Assembly: GCA_049509455.1 (NCBI GenBank)
Contig: JBEKZX010000013.1
Coordinates: 1-44,075, forward strand
Origin: Conexivisphaerales archaeon
GTDB taxonomy: Archaea; Thermoproteota; Nitrososphaeria; Conexivisphaerales; DTJL01
Reading direction: 5' to 3'
DNA length: 44,075 nt
The notes under the pieces are model-generated. The model searched no databases and had not been told where the DNA came from. It was given only the letters and a program-made list of their open reading frames with translations. Below are positions 35,818 through 44,075 of the stretch, piece after piece; position 1 is the first letter of the stretch; each line of letters begins with the position of its first letter. A program made the translations under genes and the position numbers.

Positions 35818-38800
35818 ATGAACCAGAAAGCGCTAATCGCTGTCCTCCTCATCGCCATTGGTCTGGCAGCCCCTCATGTGGGCGCCTTGGGAGCGACGCC
35901 GTCTGTAGTGAATGCCACCGCAGCGGTGGCTGACATTTCAACCGCATCGGGATCAGCCGGTTCTTACACTTGCTCGCTATGCCGTCCCACAATCCTGGCA
36001 TCTGTCAGCTCCGATCCTGTGACTGAGCAACCGCAAGGCCATCGATTGGCTGGATTGGAGCTATCGCCTGCGAACAGCCAAGATTCTCCCGTCGAGAATC
36101 TCCCACCCGCAATCTACGACGAGCAGCTGGGACTGACTTTGGCTCAGAGCTTCACCAGCATCGCCTACAACGTTACCGCCGTGGCTCAGGCGGACAGCAA
36201 TGGGTACGGACCAGCCTATCTGCTGAATGGTCTTACCGACACGGGATACTGGTATCAAGTAGGGCTCTCTTGGAACTGGCCTTACACGCGTTTCGGCATC
36301 GGCAGCTACAATTCAGGCTTCAGCATGAACTATGAAGTCTTTGGCCCAGGTGGCAATTCAATCGACCCCGCGAGTGGAGGCGGATTATCGTCCTTCTCTG
36401 GGACAGTCAACCAGGGGGATACGGTCACCCTTAACCTGTACTTCTCGGGCGGGAACGTCGTTATGCTGGCATATGACTACAGCACGGGGGCAGGCGCCGA
36501 ACAGACATTCAGCCAGGAGGGTTCTTCTTCTTTCGTGGGTCTCGCTTCATCGCCAGAGAACCGTAACGGTTACTTCACCGGGCTCATGACGGAATGGTGG
36601 CACTCCTCCGCCTATTACGGGGGAGAGGCAGCCGTGACGTATTCGGACAGCAGCAACGCAAAATCCTCTGCCTGGATGTGGATGGATGAATGGAATCCGG
36701 GTACCGGTCAATCGCTGTTCTCGGCCTCCACGAGCGGTCCCGTCGCTTACAGTGATCCGAATACGTTGCAGTACCTCTCATCGAACGGCGCCACGGAAGC
36801 TTCAGACGCGTATCTGTTCATGACAGGAGGGAACGGTCCCGTCACGGTCACTGTCGGTTACTCGGTCCGAGGCGGGGGAAGTGGGTACTCTCCGCCATCC
36901 TTCAACTACACTTTCGGTGGAGTTCAGTACAGCATCCAGCTTTCCACTACCCCTACCACCATCTACATGGACGGCGGGTCCACGTGGAGCGTGAACGGCG
37001 TGCTGCTCGGCTCGACTTCGAATGAGACCTGGGACACGCAACAGCCGACTAGCGGCACTGCCGCGAACGGCACGACGTTGAGCTTCGTATATTTCCATCA
37101 GTTCCAGGTGTCCTTCTACTATGCTGTAGCAAACGGCGGGAGCGGCTATTCTCAGCCAAGCGTGAGCGTCAGCGAGTTCGGGTCACCCGTATTCGTTACG
37201 CTCGGCTCCTCCGTCTTCGTGGACGCAGGTTCGTCGTATTCGTTTCAGAATCCATTGCCCGGATCGTCCGGGAACGAACAGTGGGCCACCCAGTCCGCGA
37301 CCGGCGTGGTCGGGTCCAGTGCCTCGTTCTTTGCTACGTACTACCACCAATACGCCTTGACCTATTCGTACGGCATTTCGGGAGGAGGGAGTCCGACGGC
37401 TCCAACGTTGACGGCTACTCAATTCGGGAGTGGCTACACCCCCACACTCACCAGTTCCGCGACGGCCTATTGGACGGACAGCGGGCAATCATGGTCGGTC
37501 ACTGATCCCCTCTCAGGTTCAGGGACATCCGAGACATGGGATACGGCACAGACGACGTCAGGGACGGTGTCCGGTGCGACGACCACGGCCTTCACCTACT
37601 ACCACCAATACTACGAGACAGTTTCATACTCAATTTCAGGCGGTGGTTCGCCTTCAGCTCCTTCGTTCTCATACTACCAATTTGGATCACCCCAGAGCGT
37701 CACGGTGACAGGGAGCACAGCGGGGTATTGGGCTGACGACTCCCAAGCGTGGTCAGTTACTCCAAATCCGCTAAATGGTAGTTCACCTTCGGAACAGTGG
37801 GTAGCGGCCCAAACAACGTCTGGGACGGTCAGTTCATCTTGGACAACCGTCTTCGGCTACAACAACCAGTACTATCTCAACGTCTCGTCAACTCACGGAA
37901 GCCCTACTGGAACTGGCTGGTACGACGCCAGCACGACTGCGAACTTCCAAATCTCAACCCCACAGGCAGGAATCACAGGAGTCCAGTACGCCTACCCAGT
38001 CTGGACTGGGGCAGGAGCAGGGAGTTACAGCGGCACGAATAACCCAGGCTCGGTGACGATGAACAACGCCATTAACGAGTCTGCAAGCACCTGGCTTCAG
38101 GTGGGACAGGCACTCAGTATGTCTTCACGACTTGGACGGGATCGGGGACCGATAGCTATTCGGGCTCGACCGACTATGAATCGGTGACGATGAGCAACCC
38201 AATCAACGAGACCGCCAACTGGCAGACCCAGTACTACCTCACGGTCAATTCGTCCCATGGTAGCCCCCAGGGTGCAGGCTGGTATAGTTCTGGAGCCAGT
38301 GCGTCCTTCAGCGTCACTACCCCCGAATCTAGCGGGACGGGGATCAGGTATCTCTTCTCAAGTTGGAACGGAGATGGGTCTGGTAGCTATTCGGGTTCGA
38401 GTGCCTCCAGCTCCGCTGCGATGAACGCCGCCATAACTGAGACGGCCTCGTGGAACACTCAATACTATCTTACGGTCACTTCGAGCTACGGTTCCCCCAC
38501 GGGCCAGGGCTGGTACGATGCAGGGAGCCCCGCACCTTTTAATGTGTCCCCTACGACGGTGTCGGGTGGAACGGGGATCCAGTATCTCTTCTCAAGTTGG
38601 AACGGAGATGGGTCGGGTAGCTATTCGGGTTCGAGTGCCTCCAGCTCCGCTGCGATGAACGCCGCCATCACGGAAACCGCCAACTGGACGACACAATACT
38701 ACTACACCGTCACTTCGAGCTATGGTTCTCCGAGCGGCGCTGGCTGGTACGATACTGGAACGACGGCGGCCTCAAGCGTGGCCTCCCCCGCTTCAGGAGG

Positions 38801-40200
38801 GACGGGCCCCAAGCGGTGGCGGCTCGTCTAGCTCGTTCACCATCCTACAACCATCGAGCACGACCTACAGCTGGCAGACGCAATACTATCTTACGGTCAC
38901 TTCGAGCTATGGTTCTCCCCAAGGGGCTGGCTGGTACAACGTTGGTGGGTCGGCGACCTTCAGCCTGACGACATCCGTTTCAGGAGGAACACAACAGCGG
39001 CATGTCTTTACGACTTGGAGCGGTGCCGGGTCAGGTTCTTACACTGGAAGCAGTAGTCTAAATTCCGTCACCATGAACAACCCGGTCAACGAAACCGCGA
39101 ACTGGAAGACCCAATATCAGCAGTATGTGTATTCACCAAACGATTCTCCGACAGACAACGGAACATGGTATGATTCTGGAACCACGGCCTCCACGTCCGT
39201 CACCACCCCTGTGTCTGGGGGTACAGGAATACAATATGCCTGCACGGGTTACACTGGAACTGGTAGTGCTGGTTCAGGCTCAGGCTCTTCCGACTCGTAT
39301 ACGATCACGGTGGCCTCCAACGTCACATTCACCTGGAAGACCCAATACTATCTTACAGTGAGCTCGTCATACGGTAGCCCGACGGGGGCAGGCTGGTACG
39401 ACTCTGGAACGAATGCCAGCGCGAGCGTTACGAGTCCAGCTTCAGGAGGCACTGGGATTAGATACGTCTTCACGGACTGGACTGGAGATTTTACGGGTAT
39501 AGGCAACCCAAGTAATGTCACGATAAGTGGGGCGAAGACGATCACGGCCAACTGGCAGGCGCAATTCTACCTCACTGTCGCTTCAGGCTATGGCAACCCC
39601 CAAGGGGCTGGCTGGTATGACGCCAGCACAAATGTTTCCTTCAGCGTCACCACCCCTGCAGCGGGAGGGACGGGCACTCAATACGTCTTCTCAACCTGGT
39701 CAGGCAGCTACTCGGGATCGAACAATCCTGGCTATGTCGTCTTGGCGGGGCCCGTATCGGAATCCGCTTCATGGAAGACGCAGTACTACGTTGCGGTCAG
39801 TTCGGAGTATGGCACTTTCGCTGGCGCAGGATGGTATGACTCTGGTTCCACCGCCTCCTTCTCTCTGTCGCCTTCCAGCGTGTCGGCGGGGTTCCTTGCC
39901 TACCATGTGTTTACAGGCTGGTCCGGAGATTCCGCCGCCAAGGACAGCACGGCGTCGGTGACCGTCGATTCTCCTAAGACCATCACAGCTACGTGGGCTG
40001 TTGACTCGACTCAGTTGTATCTTGCAGTTGCAGGAATAGCCATCGCCACTGTCGCTGTTCTTGGTGTAGTACTAGTCAAGCGGAGAAGGCAGCCTTCGCC
40101 GAGTCAGGCATCGGAGGCGCCGATCGCTCCAGAGCCACCTTCTCCCTCAAGCGAGACACCTTCTCCCCCGAGCACCTGCGCACCTCTGACGATGGCATAA
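35818..40200 (+). pseudogene. Large Ser/Thr/Gly/Tyr-rich cell-surface protein gene (signal peptide, globular N-domain, many roughly 75-85 aa beta repeats, C-terminal TM anchor) split into three frames by deletions near 38094 and 38807
   Basis: The repeat WxTQYYLTVxSxYGxPxGAGWYDxG continues across ORFs 35731-38187, 38184-38831 and 38722-40200. Only ORF1 has the signal peptide and only ORF3 has the TM helix plus KRRR. Confidence 0.85.
38348..38668 (+). repeat. Near-identical 87-bp direct repeat (38348-38434 and 38582-38668, 86/87 identical, 234-bp period)
   Basis: gtatctcttctcaagttggaacggagatgggtc[t/g]ggtagctattcgggttcgagtgcctccagctccgctgcgatgaacgccgccat, read directly in both copies. Confidence 0.9.
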
Positions 40201-40457
40201 GATAGCTTACCTAGCGGCCGATGTCAGTTTCAGATTTGAGCATTCCAAGTACCTATCCCTGTTAGAGCGTGAGGGTCAAGTCGGTTGAGAGGGGCAGTTT
40301 AGCATCGAGATGGCCACGAATCCGCCCCGCCACCATTCTAGCTTCCATCAGGGCTATCTACTCTCACCACTAGGCCCCCTGACTCACCGCGGTCACTACC
40401 TTCAGGTCCAAGGCTGTGCGACCTGTCAAGGCGTTCTCATCGACTAGCGGGATCTGC

Positions 40458-40991
40458 CTACAGAGTGCGGGTGCCCCTCAGCTTCAGCCTCTCAATCGCT
40501 TGGGGGGCCTGAGGGACCGCGTCTCCGAATGCGCTGGCGACCCTCTTCAGGACGCCGGCAGTCTCAGGGTACCCCAGCAGGCCCAGCAGGTCGCAGCACC
40601 GCTGGACGGCTGTCAGGTATCCGCGCGGTTGGTGAGCGTAGTCGTACCCTCCGAGGAGCTCCTTCCCGTGCAGCTCCAGGTCGGCGGGGGTGAACGGCTT
40701 CTGGGTTCCGTCCTCACCGACGAAACCATGCTTGGCCACCAGCTCGGCCAACAGCTTGCGGTCCATGGGAGAGACCACGCCGCCGCTCTTGGCGAGCTCG
40801 TCATACAGCCTCCTGTAATCCTCCCTCAGCGAAAGCTCCTCCTCCAGGAATGAGACGACATAGGATCTGCATCTCCCTCCAATGAGGATGAGCTGGGCGA
40901 GGGCAAGGTCCCCTAGCGGGCCCTCAATGTGCAGCGCAGAAATGAGTAGGGTCACAGCCCTCTTGAAGGAGGGATCCCTTTCGTTTGACAT
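40458..40991 (-). CDS. Hypothetical protein
   Basis: 177-aa ATG ORF with host-like GC3. No family recognised. Confidence 0.65.
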   Translation of the reverse strand: MSNERDPSFKRAVTLLISALHIEGPLGDLALAQLILIGGRCRSYVVSFLEEELSLREDYRRLYDELAKSGGVVSPMDRKLLAELVAKHGFVGEDGTQKPFTPADLELHGKELLGGYDYAHQPRGYLTAVQRCCDLLGLLGYPETAGVLKRVASAFGDAVPQAPQAIERLKLRGTRTL

Positions 40992-41303
40992 TTCACGGGT
41001 AGATGGGGTCCTGCTGAGATATAAGCTTCGGGCTCTTGGGCGGCCTCGGCATCCCCGATTTTGAAATAGCCCAACTTCTCTATGTAGCTAGGATGTATCT
41101 GTCATGTGCCTAATTGAGCGATGCGTATCCAACAAGTCAGAATTGACCGGAGCAACCAGCGTGTGTTCTGCCGGTCATCTTAGCCTAGTCAAGACTTCGC
41201 GGGATGCTTCACGGGTTGCGACGACGTCGCCCCCGGCTCCCCCGTCTCCCGCCTTTCCGCGTTCTACATGTGGCGGCGCAGGGACCTCCAACATGTGAGC
41301 CTC

Positions 41304-42848
41304 CTAGCCGGCAGGGTTCCGCGTCAAAGGAAATGTGAGCGCGAGAGTAGTCCCCTTCCCAAGCTCGCTATTCACGGAGATCGTGCCGTGGTGGGCCTCC
41401 ACGAGCCTCTTGCAGATGGCCAGCCCCAGGCCCGTGCCCTTCGGCTTCGTCGTGAAGAAGGGTGTGAAGAGCCTCCCCATGCTCTCCTTCGATATCCCCT
41501 GGCCGGTGTCCGCAAAGGTGAGCAGGACCCTGTTCTTGCGTACGACCATCCCGATCGTGAGGGTCCCTCCCTTGGGCATGGCGTCGATGGCGTTGAAGAT
41601 GATGTTCTGGAAGATCCTGACCAGGTAGGTGGCGTCTCCGGAGATCGGCGCGTCGCGGAATGGTTTGGTGACGAGCTGGACGTGGGCGGGGAACGAAATC
41701 TGCCTGAGGGCCGACCTGAGCACCTTGCCGAGGTCCAGCTCCTCCATCTTCAGCTTCGTCTTCTTGGAGTAGTCGAAGAGATCGGCGATGATGCCGTTGG
41801 CGTGGACCAGGCTGTCGTCCATGGACTTGAGCACCTCTTCCAGTTTCGTCTTCTCCTTCTCCGGGAGGGTGTTCTGGACGTAGAACAGGTTGGTCCGCAC
41901 GGCGGTGAGGGGGCTCCTTAGGTCATGGCCCACCTGGGCGGCCACGCTCCCTATGGCGGCAAGTCGCTCCGCCTTGAGCAGCTGCCTGTTGGATTCGTTG
42001 AGCTCCCTGGTCCTCTCCTTGACCATCTCCTCCAGCTTGTCGCTGTACCTCTTCAGGTCCGCCTCCGCCAGCTTCCTGGCCGTGATGTCCTCGACCTGGC
42101 TGATGGTGTGAACCAGCTTCCCTGCTGAATCGCGCACGCCAGAAGCGCTCAGCAGTGCCCACACCAAGTGCCCGTCTTTGTGGATGTACCTCTTCTCCAT
42201 CATGTAGGCCGGAATCTCACCGGCGTAGAGCTGGCGCCTCAGCTTCATGTTGGCCTCGAGGTCAGGGGGGTGAGTCAAGGCCTTGAAGCCCACTTGGATC
42301 ACCTCTTCCTCTGAACGGCCCAGCATGTCGCAGAAGGCCTTGTTGACTCGCATATAGTTGTCCTCCAGGTCGACCAGCGCGATGCCGCTGACGGCGTGGT
42401 CGAAGGAGGAACGGAAGCGCTCCTCGCTCTCTCTGAGGGCCTCCTCCATCTCCCTCCTTTCGGTGATGTCCTCCACCGTGACCACTACGGAGGACGGGGA
42501 AAGGTCGGCGTCCCTGACCACCGAGATCGTTACTTGCCCTAGGCGCACGAGCCCGTCCTTAGTGCGGAACCTGACCTCTGCCTGGTGGCTTTCCGTGCGC
42601 CCGGCCAGGAGCTCCGAATAGGCGGCCATGGTACTTGCCGCGTCTTCGGGGTGGATGATGACATCCGACTTCATCCCCTTAAGCTCGTCGAGCCTGTACC
42701 CTAGTACCTTGCACAGCGCGGGATTCGCGTCCCTGATGGTGTGCTCAAGGTCCACCACGGCTATGCCGACGGCGGCCCTCTCGAAGATGGACCTGAACAC
42801 AGCCTCGGCGGGCTGCGCTCCAGTTCCGGAGTCCGTGATGTCGCTCAA
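41304..42848 (-). CDS. Cytoplasmic PAS/PAC-PAS/PAC sensor histidine kinase
   Basis: Two PAS-PAC units, H-box AAQVGHDLRSPL, N-box QNIIFNAIDAM, DTGQGI, FTPFFTTK and GTGLGLAIC. No TM segments. Confidence 0.95.
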   Translation of the reverse strand: MSDITDSGTGAQPAEAVFRSIFERAAVGIAVVDLEHTIRDANPALCKVLGYRLDELKGMKSDVIIHPEDAASTMAAYSELLAGRTESHQAEVRFRTKDGLVRLGQVTISVVRDADLSPSSVVVTVEDITERREMEEALRESEERFRSSFDHAVSGIALVDLEDNYMRVNKAFCDMLGRSEEEVIQVGFKALTHPPDLEANMKLRRQLYAGEIPAYMMEKRYIHKDGHLVWALLSASGVRDSAGKLVHTISQVEDITARKLAEADLKRYSDKLEEMVKERTRELNESNRQLLKAERLAAIGSVAAQVGHDLRSPLTAVRTNLFYVQNTLPEKEKTKLEEVLKSMDDSLVHANGIIADLFDYSKKTKLKMEELDLGKVLRSALRQISFPAHVQLVTKPFRDAPISGDATYLVRIFQNIIFNAIDAMPKGGTLTIGMVVRKNRVLLTFADTGQGISKESMGRLFTPFFTTKPKGTGLGLAICKRLVEAHHGTISVNSELGKGTTLALTFPLTRNPAG

Positions 42849-43174
42849 GTGCGCACCTCGGACGATCTCCTGAGGTCACTAGGCTTGGCTCCCTCGCCTG
42901 AAGCTAGCCGAGACATCTGATCTTGAGGAGCCGGTGCGCTCTATAACCGTTCCGCCTTTGTGCGCGACACCATGAAGGAGGCCTCGTATTATTGACGTTG
43001 AACAATCCGGCCGTCCTGAACGCCCTTTGCACGTAGACGCTAGCCGAAAGGGGTCTCGATCCGCGCGGGCGGCACTACTCACCGGCCCCATGTCCATAGG
43101 GGCCTAGGACGCCGAGCCTAGCCTCTGTGTCGTCATCCTCGGCTCAGCGTCATAGTGTAGTATGAAGGGAATCG

Positions 43175-43510
43175 TCACCAATGCTTTTCCGCATCGTGTC
43201 CTGACCACCAATCAGCGGATTTAGTGAAGATGAACAGTCTATGTTCCTTGAGCCAGCCTAACCTGAAATAGCCGAGTGCGCCTTCGCGAATGGCTGATCC
43301 TATGTATGTATCGATGATGACGGTCTTCACACCCTCGTTCTTGGCCACTTCGATGAAGGCTTTCCAGTCGCCGTTCCTGTAATCCCAGATTACCACATCT
43401 TGCGACTTGATATCTTGATCCTTGCTGACCAAGCCAAAGAATGGTTTCATCCCATTCGATTCAAGGTATTCCTTTACCTTGTCAAGCATCGGGTTGAGGT
43501 CTTCGGTCAT
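43175..43510 (-). CDS. Hypothetical protein in the low-GC segment
   Basis: 111-aa ATG ORF with protein-like composition. Confidence 0.65.
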   Translation of the reverse strand: MTEDLNPMLDKVKEYLESNGMKPFFGLVSKDQDIKSQDVVIWDYRNGDWKAFIEVAKNEGVKTVIIDTYIGSAIREGALGYFRLGWLKEHRLFIFTKSADWWSGHDAEKHW

Positions 43511-43631
43511 CTGATGTTCTTTACGGCATTACTCTCTATAAGCGTAACGGCCTGGGGTTCTGAGACTTCGGTTGATGAGCCCTGATTATCGGTTTGTGAC
43601 TAGTCGGTCGCCGGCATCAGACTGCATCTGT

Positions 43632-43856
43632 TCAGTACTTCCGCTCAGGCGAATCTTTAGGCGCTTCTTCGATGCGAACAACATCAAAATAGGGATTTCC
43701 TTTCATCTCTTCAAGAATAGCCGAGTGAGCGTTTGCAATCGAGATCAGCTTTCTTTCGGTGACAGTCGTATCGTTGGGCAATTCTGGCTCGTCAAATTCC
43801 CTGAAAATGACGGCCTCATATTTCCGCACGTTTTGTAGCGTTATCCTGTATCTCAA
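43632..43856 (-). CDS. Small hypothetical protein in the low-GC segment
   Basis: 74-aa ORF on the same strand as 43175-43510. Confidence 0.45.
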   Translation of the reverse strand: MRYRITLQNVRKYEAVIFREFDEPELPNDTTVTERKLISIANAHSAILEEMKGNPYFDVVRIEEAPKDSPERKY

Positions 43857-44075
43857 CGAACTGGGAGTGGCCTCGACCTCGTCTTAAGGGTTTGAAGCCC
43901 AGCTTCCGAAATCCTGCCGCCAAGGACGGAACTCTGCCTGAGGACAGGCTTGGACCACGTACCCTGTCCTTCCGCCCTACTTTTGTTCAACTACGCTGGA
44001 GGAATTCACCAATCTGCCTCAAATCACATGATTCCCATATCCAAATGCAATAAGGTTAAGAGATGCATCATTATT

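Noticed and set aside
38184-39900. CRISPR-like periodic repeats
   Set aside because: The repeats are in-frame protein-domain units (234-bp period, degenerate at third positions), not fixed repeats with unique spacers.

Overview
Archaeal chromosomal window, about 60-65% GC in the core by spot counts. It most likely comes from a TACK lineage related to Nitrososphaerota. That placement is an inference from the B1-type DNA polymerase, S26e, Rpo12, F420 genes, PAS histidine kinase and the small Zn-binding gene before thrS. Most of the window is housekeeping: an F420 cluster (nitroreductase-fold gene, cofD, cofE), Mrp/NBP35, an FAH-family gene, an AbrB-PhoU regulator, ribose-1,5-bisphosphate isomerase, TRAM, trmI, proS, a PfkB kinase, rps26e, PadR, a CDP-alcohol phosphatidyltransferase, thrS, agmatinase, polB1, tyrS, a standalone B3/4 domain, a DegT aminotransferase, rpo12, the HMG-CoA synthase/thiolase/DUF35 cluster, an FNR-like oxidoreductase, Nudix, surE and sdhACDB. 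The right end (about 35.7-44 kb) is accessory and lower in GC. It holds a roughly 4.4-kb repeat-rich surface-protein gene broken by two deletions, a PAS-PAS histidine kinase with no regulator nearby, and small unknown ORFs. The best leads are: (1) a membrane-anchored wHTH regulator at 29.5-32 kb whose neighbouring promoters share a 17-bp pseudo-palindrome (ideal GTTCTACG-N-CGTAGAAC) and a TTAA..TCGG core, a candidate undescribed envelope regulon; (2) a 386-aa pol-c intein with a degenerate LAGLIDADG endonuclease in a PolB1; (3) a standalone FbiB-C/FbiE-like reductase in the archaeal F420 cluster; (4) a candidate structured ncRNA of about 220 nt; (5) several deletion scars that are either real decay or assembly collapse. 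No tRNA, rRNA or CRISPR array was recognised.
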